In this document: positions 22,464 through 31,192 of the stretch, piece after piece
How the letters are laid out: each line of letters begins with the position of its first letter
Position numbering within the stretch: the stretch's first letter is position 1
Assembly (NCBI GenBank): GCA_045568075.1
Contig: JBJLBP010000001.1
Span: 900,001-932,000, forward strand
From: Candidatus Thalassarchaeaceae archaeon
GTDB lineage: Archaea; Thermoplasmatota; Poseidoniia; Poseidoniales; Thalassarchaeaceae
Direction of reading: 5' to 3'
Length of the DNA stretch: 32,000 nt
The notes under the pieces: model-generated
Told to the model about the DNA's origin: nothing
Seen by the model: the letters and a program-made list of their open reading frames with translations, nothing else
Database searches by the model: none
Made by a program: the position numbers and the translations under genes

Positions 22464-24380
22464 ATGAGATTGACATTGTCAGAAGTGAAACAGAGAGTAT
22501 CGAAATTGATACCAGAAGATATTGACTATGAGGTCGATGTGGAAGCGGGCTCGATAGCCATAATTACGAAGCAGCCCGATGCTTTCAGCGCTCCCGGTCA
22601 ATCTTTGACGGTGAAGATTGCTAAGACTGTCAAGCGGCGAGTCATCATTCGCCCGCACCCAGATATCCTTTCTGATGAGGCGACTGTGCGCCAGAAAGTC
22701 ACTGAAATTATCCCGCCAGAGGCTGAAGTCCGTAACGTCTGGATTGACCCGGCTCTCTCCGAGGTCACTCTCGAATGTGACGACCCAGCCGCTGCTGTAG
22801 GTCCAAAGGGGATCAATATCAAGAATCTCAGGGACGAAGTCGGCTGGCTCATTTCGGTCGAACGAGCCCCCGCATTCGAGAGTCGAACTCAGCATGATAT
22901 CCGCCGTTATCGCAAGGAACTCGCCGATGAGCGAAAGTCACTCCTACGAAAGTTTGGGACTCGCATCTACCGTCCAAAGCGTGCGGGCGAGTCTTGGGCT
23001 CGACTCACCGCCTTGGGGTCCTACCGTGAGGTTGGAAGAGCCATGCATCTTGTTACGACAAATGAGTCTCGAGTTTTGGTTGATTGTGGAGCTAAGCCAA
23101 CAATGAACCGTAGTGAGGTTCAGCCCTTTTTCAACGCCCCAGAGCTTCTTCCCCTCGACAATCTCGATGCAATCGTCCTCACGCATGCACACGTAGATCA
23201 CATCGCAATGTTACCGGTCCTATTCCGCTACGGTTACAGAGGACCGGTCTACTGCACCCCTCCTACGAGAGATTTGATGACTTTGTTGCAGATGGATTAC
23301 ATCAAGGTCGCTCAGGCTGAAGGTGTAGATCCACCTTATTCCAAGGCTGATATCCAAGAGTGTATCAAACACGTTGTCGATATTCGCTGGGGCGACAAAA
23401 CCGACATCGCACCGGATGTCAAAATCACCCTTGAAAACGCCGGGCATATCCTTGGCTCATCGAGTGTTTACATGCAAATCGGAGAAGGGAATTCCGAACA
23501 CCGATTGCTATTCTCTGGTGATATCAAATACGAACGGTCATGGCTTTTCGATGCAGCAACCGTTCGCTTCCCCAAGGTCGAGACTCTCGTCATTGAATCG
23601 ACTTATGGTGGTGCTCAGGATTTCCAACCAAATCGACAGGATGCGACTCAAGAATTACAGGATTTGATCAAATTAGCTCTGTCGCGCGGCGGTAAAATAT
23701 TCTGTCCAGTGTTCGCAGTAGGGCGCTCACAGGAAGTGATGATCGCTATCGATCAACTGTTCAAGTCTGGCGAAGTAAAACCAGTCACAGTTTGGCTTGA
23801 TGGGATGATCTCTGAAGCCACAGCAATTCATGCCAGTCATCCTGATTTCCTCAATCGCGATCTTCGCTCAAAGGTTCTCAGGGGTGGCGAAGAAAACCCG
23901 TTCAACTCGAGTTGGTTCCGCCAAGTCGATAGCCGGGAGCAACGAGAATCACTGCTCTATGATCCATCTCCATGCATCGTTCTTGCAACCTCAGGGATGA
24001 TGACTGGCGGCCCTATAATTGAGTACTTCAAGCACTGGGCCCCCGAGACCAACAATACACTCTGCTTCGTTGGTTACCAAGCCTCAGGCACACTCGGTCG
24101 ACGGCTACAACAAGGGCACGCCGAGGTTCCACTGATGGACAAAGGCAAGACCCACATGGTGCCTGTCTCTTGCAATGTGGTAACTATTGACGGTTTCAGT
24201 GGGCACTCCGATCGGCGCCAACTCATGGATTACGTCAAGGCGCTAAACCCAACTCCACGCAAGATCATTTGTCATCACGGTGACCCGAAGACCTGTAATG
24301 CATTCCGCCAAGGTCTTCGCGACGAATTCCGTGTTCAGACCTATGCTCCTGCTAACCTTGAGACTCTGCGCTTGAAGTGA
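22464..24380 (+). CDS. fttA: aCPSF1/FttA: KH-KH-metallo-beta-lactamase-beta-CASP ribonuclease (archaeal transcription termination factor)
   Basis: 638 aa. N-terminal KH region 'AAAVGPKGINIKNLRDEVGW'. MBL motif 'VLTHAHVDHIAMLP'. The beta-CASP body includes 'ESTYGG', 'VFAVGRSQEV' and 'GFSGHSDRRQLMDYV'. Confidence 0.95.
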   Translation: MRLTLSEVKQRVSKLIPEDIDYEVDVEAGSIAIITKQPDAFSAPGQSLTVKIAKTVKRRVIIRPHPDILSDEATVRQKVTEIIPPEAEVRNVWIDPALSEVTLECDDPAAAVGPKGINIKNLRDEVGWLISVERAPAFESRTQHDIRRYRKELADERKSLLRKFGTRIYRPKRAGESWARLTALGSYREVGRAMHLVTTNESRVLVDCGAKPTMNRSEVQPFFNAPELLPLDNLDAIVLTHAHVDHIAMLPVLFRYGYRGPVYCTPPTRDLMTLLQMDYIKVAQAEGVDPPYSKADIQECIKHVVDIRWGDKTDIAPDVKITLENAGHILGSSSVYMQIGEGNSEHRLLFSGDIKYERSWLFDAATVRFPKVETLVIESTYGGAQDFQPNRQDATQELQDLIKLALSRGGKIFCPVFAVGRSQEVMIAIDQLFKSGEVKPVTVWLDGMISEATAIHASHPDFLNRDLRSKVLRGGEENPFNSSWFRQVDSREQRESLLYDPSPCIVLATSGMMTGGPIIEYFKHWAPETNNTLCFVGYQASGTLGRRLQQGHAEVPLMDKGKTHMVPVSCNVVTIDGFSGHSDRRQLMDYVKALNPTPRKIICHHGDPKTCNAFRQGLRDEFRVQTYAPANLETLRLK

Positions 24381-24433
24381 TAACTCTCTCAGGGCGTTAA
24401 GTTCACCGTTACTGAGTAAATACTCTCGGAGGC

Positions 24434-24802
24434 TCAGAGCACTGGTACATCGAAGCCGTCTTCAATTGGATCAGGCGCATCTTTTGTCCCTACAACATCG
24501 GCTTCTTCCTCTTCCTCAACCAATTCAACAGGTTCAACATCAGATCGATTCCAAAACGAGTCTGAAGTCATCGCAGTTGCTAGAGCAGCAGGCATCAGTA
24601 GAAGGTAAATCCAGACTTCAAGAGTTAGCTCACCATCGCTAATCAAACGTCTCATTGAGAGTCCAATCAGCGTTGCGAAGGCCATCCAGCCAATGACCAC
24701 ACGCGCCTGAACCACGCCTCTCGCCTTACTACCCAACAGATTAGGATGGCCCTCCTCAACACAACATACCTCTCTCTTTGCCCAAGTTCGCCCTTCGGAC
24801 AA
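24434..24802 (-). CDS. Small two-TM protein with an acidic C-terminus, function unknown
   Basis: The TM helices are 'VVIGWMAFATLIGLSM' and 'VWIYLLLMPAALATAMT'. The tail is 'VELVEEEEEADVVG'. The start is uncertain. Confidence 0.4.
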   Translation of the reverse strand: MSEGRTWAKREVCCVEEGHPNLLGSKARGVVQARVVIGWMAFATLIGLSMRRLISDGELTLEVWIYLLLMPAALATAMTSDSFWNRSDVEPVELVEEEEEADVVGTKDAPDPIEDGFDVPVL

Positions 24803-24833
24803 CCTCTTGAACCGCGACTACAAACCCCATCGC

Positions 24834-25271
24834 ATGGAGGCGAACTGGATGTTGCTCATTTGCAAGTGCGGACATTCATTTGGCGCCCGCCAAGGAGCCA
24901 GAGTCTCATGCAGTCGTTGCGGCGAGTCAGATAAGATCAGCACAAAAGCAGTCTTCTCCGATTCAGCACAACTTGCACAAGCCGTCGCAACAGCCAATCT
25001 TCCCGCTGAAATTCGCTCTGAAGTCGAATCTAAGATGAAAAGAGAGAGTCAACGCCGAGAAGCAACCCGCGAACGTGCCGGCATCAATACAATTCACCGT
25101 ATACTCCGCGATTCAACCGATGCCCAAGGAATCCTCACCCTCTCCCGACTCCGGGACAATTTAGCGGCCGAGGGTATCGCAGAGCCAACAGCAGAACAAG
25201 TAGTCGGTTCCGCTGAGGAAGAAGGCGTGGTTCATCGTTCAGGGCAAGAGCAGTGGAGGTGGTTAGCGTGA
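24834..25271 (+). CDS. Zinc-ribbon protein (DUF1922-like N-terminus) with a helical C-terminal domain
   Basis: 'MLLICKCGHSFGARQGARVSCSRCGESDKI' is a C-x-C...C-x2-C ribbon resembling archaeal DUF1922, recalled from memory. The ATG at 24834 is preferred over the track TTG at 24807. Confidence 0.4.
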   Translation: MEANWMLLICKCGHSFGARQGARVSCSRCGESDKISTKAVFSDSAQLAQAVATANLPAEIRSEVESKMKRESQRREATRERAGINTIHRILRDSTDAQGILTLSRLRDNLAAEGIAEPTAEQVVGSAEEEGVVHRSGQEQWRWLA

Positions 25272-25306
25272 ACTCCATAAGGACAGCGCAGGTCGCCGAA
25301 TCACTC

Positions 25307-25384
25307 AGGGCCCGTGGGTTAGTCTGGTCTATGCTAGATCGTTTGGGACGATTTGACCCAGGTTCGAATCCTGGCGGGCCCACC
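25307..25384 (+). tRNA. tRNA-Pro: tRNA-Pro (anticodon UGG) with encoded 3' CCA
   Basis: Folded by hand. Acceptor stem GGGCCCG/CGGGCCC. Anticodon stem GATCG/CGATT with loop TT-TGG-GA. T arm CCAGG-TTCGAAT-CCTGG. Discriminator A at 25381 and CCA at 25382..25384. There is no intron. Confidence 0.93.
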
Positions 25385-25419
25385 ACCAACTAATTCCAGC
25401 GGCGAATGCTAAATCATAA

Positions 25420-26184
25420 TCAGAGGAATTTCTGGATTGCCTCGATGTCGAAAAGAGAGACTGCGACTTGGAGTGCCTCTTCTTTAGTGAACCAGCGTGC
25501 CTCTTCGATCTCATCATCCTTCGGCACGATATCTTCTGCTGCAATATCCGCCTCGCAACGGTAAGTGAACGATAGCCAACAGATTCCATCAGGCGTGAAA
25601 ACTTCTTGCCTCACAATTTGAGTCCCTTCTCCTTCACTTCCACGACTGCTTTCTCCAAGTGGATCAGCAATTTTGATATTGATTCCAAGTTCTTCCAGTG
25701 CCTCGCGTTCGGCTCCGGTACGTGGGTGTTCATCATAATCGACAAAGCCGCCTGGAAGCGTCCAACAACCGGTGAAGAATCCTCGCGTAACTTTGCCCAT
25801 CAAAACTTCATTTCGTGGGTTGATGACAACGACTTTGCTTACTACTCTGTGAAGAGTACGATATACCGACTCTCTGGCAACGGGATCGACTTCACTGTCG
25901 CTGATCACCGCATCCTTCCAAGCCCATTCTCCGGGCCAAGGGATTTCTGGTGTTGCTACGATTACCTCATGCATTTCTTGGCCTAACCTAAACCGATTGG
26001 TTCGCTTTGCTTTCCAAGTCAACCCCATCTTTGTTGCTTCTTCTGGGGTTGGTAGTCGAATTGAGAATCCTCCATCGCCTTTTCTTCCCATTTGAGGGAT
26101 TGCTGGGCCTCCACCATCTAAATCCACTAGTAGCAATTTACCGTCATGTTCGAGGTGAATGTGACGGCGAGTGTTACTCATCAA
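25420..26184 (-). CDS. Nudix hydrolase with an N-terminal extension of about 115 aa
   Basis: The Nudix box 'GGFVDYDEHPRTGAEREALEELGI' (G-x5-E-x7-REUxEExGU) lies in the C-terminal half. I could not assign the N-terminal region. Confidence 0.85.
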   Translation of the reverse strand: MMSNTRRHIHLEHDGKLLLVDLDGGGPAIPQMGRKGDGGFSIRLPTPEEATKMGLTWKAKRTNRFRLGQEMHEVIVATPEIPWPGEWAWKDAVISDSEVDPVARESVYRTLHRVVSKVVVINPRNEVLMGKVTRGFFTGCWTLPGGFVDYDEHPRTGAEREALEELGINIKIADPLGESSRGSEGEGTQIVRQEVFTPDGICWLSFTYRCEADIAAEDIVPKDDEIEEARWFTKEEALQVAVSLFDIEAIQKFL

Positions 26185-26272
26185 TCATAGCGGGTGTAGT
26201 AAAGGCGATGAAACCGACGGCTCAATATCACAAGCAATTCGATATTTTTGAGTGGCTTCGTGACACTCGTGT

Positions 26273-27247
26273 CTACAAAAGTTCACTCACTGCATCTCGC
26301 TCCTCAAGGAGGGCTGCGACATTTTCGTCAATCTTCGCTTGCGCGAACGCGTCAACTGGGAGGTCATCCACCACAATCACCTCTCCCCCCTCACATCGAC
26401 AAGGGAAGCTAAACACAAGCCCCTCGGGCACTCCATACCAGCCCTCCGAAGGCAGAGCGACGGACACGATGCGTCCGTTCGAGCCTTGCCACCAGTCGCG
26501 CATGTGATCCACAGCAGCCGATGCAGCAGATGCGGCGGAAGAGGCACCGCGCGCCATAATGACCGCCTTTCCACGAGTAGATACAGTATCGAGGAAGGAG
26601 CCCTGAAGCCAATCGCTATCGAACAAATCGGTCGCTGAGCGCCCGTCCACAGTCCCAAAACGCGGGTCAGGGTACATCGTGTTGGCGTGGTTACCCCAGA
26701 TGAATACGTCTAGAACTTTTGAGGCTGGGACGCCGGCACGCTCTGCCATCTGGCCCACTGCACGGTTCTGATCAAGACGAGTCATAGCGGTAAACTGCCG
26801 AGGGGAAATACCCGGTGCATTAGCGGAGGCGATGAGCGCATTGGTATTGCAGGGGTTGCCCACTGTGATCACTTTGACATTGCGTGAAGCCACTGCATCG
26901 ATTGCCTTACCTTGACCTACAAAGATGGGTCCGTTGGCGGCAACGAGGTCAGCCCGATCCATGTCTTTTGACCGCGGTCGTGAACCAACAAGGAATATCG
27001 CTTCAGCATCGTTAAACGCAATCTTTGGGTTATCGGTGCCGATAATGCCGTGTACCAACGGAAACGCGGAGTCCTTGAGTTCCATAATCACACCATCGAG
27101 TCGTTGCATTCCAGGGGGGATTTCGAGTAACTGTAGAATTACTGGCTGATTAGCTCCAAAGCAATCACCACTTGCGATTCGCCACAACAAGGCGTATCCA
27201 ATGTTTCCTGCGGCTCCAGTAACAGCAACTCGTATCGGTGTTCGCAT
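26273..27247 (-). CDS. mdh: Malate dehydrogenase (NAD(P)-dependent, Thermus/cytosolic-type clade)
   Basis: 'IRVAVTGAAGNIGYALLWRIASG...QPVILQLLEIP', 'GVIMELKDSAFPL', 'FLVGSRPR', 'VGNPCNTNALI', 'TRLDQNRA' and 'IWGNHANTMYPD' are present. A Shine-Dalgarno-like GAGGAG lies 6 nt upstream. Confidence 0.93.
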   Translation of the reverse strand: MRTPIRVAVTGAAGNIGYALLWRIASGDCFGANQPVILQLLEIPPGMQRLDGVIMELKDSAFPLVHGIIGTDNPKIAFNDAEAIFLVGSRPRSKDMDRADLVAANGPIFVGQGKAIDAVASRNVKVITVGNPCNTNALIASANAPGISPRQFTAMTRLDQNRAVGQMAERAGVPASKVLDVFIWGNHANTMYPDPRFGTVDGRSATDLFDSDWLQGSFLDTVSTRGKAVIMARGASSAASAASAAVDHMRDWWQGSNGRIVSVALPSEGWYGVPEGLVFSFPCRCEGGEVIVVDDLPVDAFAQAKIDENVAALLEERDAVSELL

Positions 27248-27356
27248 TAGTTCTCCTCAATTGGTGGGGTTAGAATTCAACCCTTAGCCTTTGGTGAGGC
27301 GTTTGTTCGACTGACGACGCCCTAAGCCTCAATTATGCCGTGTTCGACCAGAGTGC

Positions 27357-28055
27357 ATGGAGCGTCGTGGGCAAGCCCTTCTAGCATTGTTTCTAGTGTC
27401 TCTGATGCCGACTACCTCTATTCTCTTCGCTTACTCGTGGAGTGACTCAGAACTCGCTGGGCAGGTCTTCTTCGTTTTCGCGAAGTTGTGGATAATCGCC
27501 ATTCCAATCTATTGGCTGTATCGCGTCGAAGCAAACAATTTCTCAATTCGAAAATTACTCGGCCTCGATTCACTTAACTCGGCATCTCGCAATGAAGCGA
27601 TAATCTCGGGCCTCGGTATGTTTGCGATTATTGCGGGAACTTATGCTGTGCTCGGCGATTCGGTTGATATTACACTGATGAAGGAGGAGATTGGTGCGAC
27701 GGGGTTGTTGAATCCGACAACATTCTTCCTTGGCGCGATCTATTGGATAACTCTCAACAGTCTCATCGAAGAATTCGTTTTCAGGCAATTTGTTGGCGAC
27801 CGTTTACTCGAACTTACTGGTAGCAATTTCGCCTCGGTCGCCGGTTCGGCAATTGTATTCACTCTGCACCACACCGTCGCACTCAGCTATTATTTTGCAC
27901 TCTGGCAAAACGCATTAGCGACAATCGCAATACTCGGAGCAGGTGCGATATGGTCAATCCTCTGGCTACGCCACCGCTCGCTCGCAGCCTGTTGGATATC
28001 TCATGCGATAGCAGATGTCGCAGTCTTTGGCGTAGCCTATCTCCTCCTCTTTTGA
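27357..28055 (+). CDS. CPBP-family (CAAX-type) intramembrane glutamic endopeptidase
   Basis: The protein is multi-TM and carries the motifs 'EEFVFRQFV', 'FTLHH' and 'SHAIADV'. Confidence 0.8.
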   Translation: MERRGQALLALFLVSLMPTTSILFAYSWSDSELAGQVFFVFAKLWIIAIPIYWLYRVEANNFSIRKLLGLDSLNSASRNEAIISGLGMFAIIAGTYAVLGDSVDITLMKEEIGATGLLNPTTFFLGAIYWITLNSLIEEFVFRQFVGDRLLELTGSNFASVAGSAIVFTLHHTVALSYYFALWQNALATIAILGAGAIWSILWLRHRSLAACWISHAIADVAVFGVAYLLLF

Positions 28056-28214
28056 TCTTCATCCGACCCATTGTGACCCCCTATTGTCATTATCCGATGC
28101 TGCACAATCGTGAATGGTGTTGGAACCAAACCATCCGTTTGATTCAATAATCGACTTCCGGTCGCTTGGCCTGTCTGACTTGAGCCTACGGCTCATTTGG
28201 AGAGCGTGATCTCG

Positions 28215-29375
28215 ATGAGACTTGGTGTGTTGAAGGAACCTGAAGGAGAAGACAGGGTTGCCATCGTGCCGAAATCCCTGCGTAAATTGGGCAAGGCTGG
28301 CTTCGAGATCGTAATCGAATCAGGTGCTGGAATTGCTGCGAATCACCTCGACTCAGAATACGTCGAAAGTGGTGCTACAGTTGGCTCTCGCTCCGACGCG
28401 TTGGGTGCTCCTCTGCTCATCACGATTCACCTCCCTGATGTCTCGGACCTCCACTCTGGTCAGGTAGTCGCTTGTGTTGCTGATCCTTTTCGCAACCCTG
28501 AGAAAGTTCAGGCTTGCCTCGATGCGGGAATTACATTGCTTTCGATGGATATGATTCCACGTCGTCTTTCACGAGCTCAATCGATGGATGTTAATTCGAG
28601 TCAGGACAACCTAGCAGGATACAAGGCAGTCCTGCTCGGCGCTGCGTCTGTACCGAAAGGTATCCCCATGATGACAACTTCTGCTGGTACAATACGTCCT
28701 GCTAAGGTCGTAATCATGGGTAGTGGCGTCGCTGGCTTGCAAGCCATCGCTACAGCCAAGCGTCTTGGCGCAGTTGTCTACGCCTCTGATGTACGCAAGT
28801 CTGCCGCCGAGCAGATTGAATCAGTCGGCGGTCGATTCATCGAAGTCGATGGGATGGATGATTTCGAAGATGAATCAGGATATGCTAAGCCTTTGACTGC
28901 TGAATTCATCCAAAAGGTGAACGACACCGTTTGCGGTGTCGCGAGCGATGCCGACATCATTGTCACCACCGCTCGTATTTTCGGCCGACCCGCGCCAATC
29001 ACTGTGCCAAGCAGTGCAGTGGCCGAATTCAAGCCGGGGGCGGTCATTGTCGACATGAACGCAGATGTCGGTGGTAATTGTGAGGACACAGTGGCAGGAG
29101 AGACCGTGGTTACTGCGAATGGAGTAACAATCATCGGCATCAAGAATCTCCCAGGAACTCTAGCAAATACTGCCTCATTCCTCTATTCAAACAACCTTAC
29201 GTCATTCATTACCTCGATTTTCAAAGAGGGAGAATTGGTGATTTCCGAAGATGATGATGTCTTGGTCGGCTCTCCAGAAGGCAATGATTTCCACGTCCCC
29301 GGTATGGGTGGCGTTTTGATCTGCTCAGGGGGCAATATGCATCCTAAGCAGACTCGACTTGGAGGTGTTCTCTGA
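28215..29375 (+). CDS. pntAA: NAD(P) transhydrogenase subunit alpha part 1 (dI, NAD(H)-binding)
   Basis: 'MRLGVLKEPEGEDRVAIVP', 'MDMIPRRLSRAQSMDVNSSQDNLAGYKAVLLGA' and 'VVIMGSGVAGLQAIATAKRLGAVV' are present. The ATG at 28215 is preferred over the track TTG at 28197. The stop overlaps the next start (TGATG). Confidence 0.92.
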   Translation: MRLGVLKEPEGEDRVAIVPKSLRKLGKAGFEIVIESGAGIAANHLDSEYVESGATVGSRSDALGAPLLITIHLPDVSDLHSGQVVACVADPFRNPEKVQACLDAGITLLSMDMIPRRLSRAQSMDVNSSQDNLAGYKAVLLGAASVPKGIPMMTTSAGTIRPAKVVIMGSGVAGLQAIATAKRLGAVVYASDVRKSAAEQIESVGGRFIEVDGMDDFEDESGYAKPLTAEFIQKVNDTVCGVASDADIIVTTARIFGRPAPITVPSSAVAEFKPGAVIVDMNADVGGNCEDTVAGETVVTANGVTIIGIKNLPGTLANTASFLYSNNLTSFITSIFKEGELVISEDDDVLVGSPEGNDFHVPGMGGVLICSGGNMHPKQTRLGGVL

Positions 29376-29689
29376 TGGATCCAACAATGCTTCTCGGTTC
29401 AATCACATTATTCGCGCTCTCGATTTTCCTTGGCTTCGAGCTCATCAGCAAAGTGCCTGCAACTCTGCACACTCCTCTGATGAGTGGTGCTAACGCGATT
29501 TCAGGAATCAGTATCGTCGGCGCTCTTCTCGGCGCTAATGTTGCCTACGCGGGTGGCGACACTCTAGTCAGCGGAATTCTGGCATTCGTTGCAGTTGTCC
29601 TCGCAATGATCAATGTGGTCGGCGGTTTTGCGGTAACGAATCGTATGCTCAACATGATCGCTGGAAAGAAGCGAGGTGGTAATCGATGA
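29375..29689 (+). CDS. pntAB: NAD(P) transhydrogenase subunit alpha part 2 (membrane)
   Basis: 104 aa with three TM helices. The sequence includes 'LHTPLMSGANAISGISIVGAL...VVGGFAVTNRML'. It has an ATGA overlap with pntB. Confidence 0.9.
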   Translation: MDPTMLLGSITLFALSIFLGFELISKVPATLHTPLMSGANAISGISIVGALLGANVAYAGGDTLVSGILAFVAVVLAMINVVGGFAVTNRMLNMIAGKKRGGNR

Positions 29690-31113
29690 TCAATGATGAA
29701 TGGGTTGCCATCGGCTATCTTTTCTCAGCAGCTCTCTTCATCTTTGGATTGAAGAATCTCTCACATCCTCGCACCGCACCACGCGGTAACCAACTCGGTG
29801 CGATGGGAATGCTTGTTGCAGTTCTGACAACCATTCTTCAGATGGAACTCGGAGAAGGTATCGAAGGTTGGATTCTAATCGGTAGCGGCCTTTTCATTGG
29901 CGGATTAATTGGTTGGATTATGGCTGTCCGTGTCGAGATGACTGGAATGCCAGAACTTGTCGCTTTGTTCAACGGGTTTGGCGGTGCAGCTTCGGCTTTA
30001 GTAGCGCTTTCTGAGTCGTGGAAATATATCGAAGATGAATCACTAGAGTTGCCTACTGGATTAGAACTCGAGGTTATGGTCGTCGCTGCAGGTCTCTCAG
30101 CCCTCGTAGGTTGGATGACTCTGACAGGTTCTCTTCTAGCGATGCTCAAACTCAAGGGTGGCGTGGAAATTTTCGGTAAGTGGATTCGTACACCTACTTG
30201 GGGCCCTGAATGGTTGAATCCAATCAAGGCCATCTTGTTCTTAGGAACTCTAGTTCTAATCGTCCTAGCGATTGATGATCCTACCAATACCGATTACCTC
30301 TACGCGATAATTGGAATTTCTTGTCTCCTAGGAATTCTCCTCGTCCTGCCTATAGGCGGCGCTGATATGCCAGTCGTAGTCTCTCTGCTTAACTCGCTGT
30401 CAGGAATCGCCGCCGCATTCACCGGTTTCATCATCTCAAACAGCGTCCTCATCGTAGCCGGTTCACTCGTCGGCGCAAGCGGTCTAATCTTGACTTTCAT
30501 CATGTGTAAGGCGATGAATCGACAACTCAAGGATGTCCTGTTCAAGGCCTTCGGTGGCTCGGATAAGGAACAGGTAACACGCACTAAGGTGGGCAGCGAT
30601 GCCGACGAGGTAGCGATGATGATCGATGGTGCCCAGAAAATCATAATTGTTCCTGGATACGGAATGGCGGTAAGCCAGTGCCAACACCAAGTGAAGGAAT
30701 TCGCAGATTTGGTCAGCGAGAAGTTCGATACTGAAGTGAAGTATGCAATTCACCCAGTAGCAGGAAGGATGCCTGGTCACATGAATGTCCTACTCGCTGA
30801 GGCAAACGTGCCTTATGAGCAACTCATCGAGATGGCCGAAATCAATCCTGAAATGCCTGAAGCAGATATTGCACTCATCATCGGTGCTAACGACACTTGC
30901 AACCCTGCAGCACGCACTGGTGAAGGCCCTCTCGCTGGAATGCCAATCATCGACGCTGACGTCGCTCGTACGGTTGTAATAATCAAGCGCAGTCTATCAG
31001 TTGGCTATGCTGGAGTGGACAATGACCTATTCTACATGGACAAGACGATGATGCTCTTTGGTGATGGAAAGAAAATGATGAATGAACTCAACTCGGCAGT
31101 CAAGGAGCTGTGA
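29686..31113 (+). CDS. pntB: NAD(P) transhydrogenase subunit beta (dII+dIII, NADP(H)-binding)
   Basis: The N-terminal half is multi-TM. The C-terminal half carries 'IIIVPGYGMAVSQCQHQV', 'KYAIHPVAGRMPGHMNVLLAEANVPY' and 'ALIIGANDTCNPAA'. Confidence 0.95.
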   Translation: MINDEWVAIGYLFSAALFIFGLKNLSHPRTAPRGNQLGAMGMLVAVLTTILQMELGEGIEGWILIGSGLFIGGLIGWIMAVRVEMTGMPELVALFNGFGGAASALVALSESWKYIEDESLELPTGLELEVMVVAAGLSALVGWMTLTGSLLAMLKLKGGVEIFGKWIRTPTWGPEWLNPIKAILFLGTLVLIVLAIDDPTNTDYLYAIIGISCLLGILLVLPIGGADMPVVVSLLNSLSGIAAAFTGFIISNSVLIVAGSLVGASGLILTFIMCKAMNRQLKDVLFKAFGGSDKEQVTRTKVGSDADEVAMMIDGAQKIIIVPGYGMAVSQCQHQVKEFADLVSEKFDTEVKYAIHPVAGRMPGHMNVLLAEANVPYEQLIEMAEINPEMPEADIALIIGANDTCNPAARTGEGPLAGMPIIDADVARTVVIIKRSLSVGYAGVDNDLFYMDKTMMLFGDGKKMMNELNSAVKEL

Positions 31114-31119
31114 TAGCGA

Positions 31120-31138
31120 CGCCTCCCCTTGGGAGGCG
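31120..31138 (+). terminator. Hairpin CGCCTCCC-CTT-GGGAGGCG, 6 nt after the pntB stop, followed by a T-rich tract
   Basis: An 8-bp perfect GC-rich stem read directly. TTATTTGTT follows at 31151..31159. Confidence 0.45.
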
Positions 31139-31192
31139 AGCAAGCAATGGTTATTTGTTCGACGAGACTGGGAAAGAGGAAGGTGAGTGTAG

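Noticed and set aside
25272-25420. tRNA-Pro as the attachment site of an integrated element
   Set aside because: No integrase or recombinase is nearby. I found no direct repeat of the tRNA 3' half by eye. The flanking genes (a zinc-ribbon protein and a Nudix hydrolase) do not look phage- or plasmid-derived.
25135-25589. Track ORFs 25135..25389 (-) and 25329..25589 (-)
   Set aside because: Both run antisense through tRNA-Pro (25307..25384) or through the Nudix 3' end, and both have Arg/Ser-rich junk-like translations.
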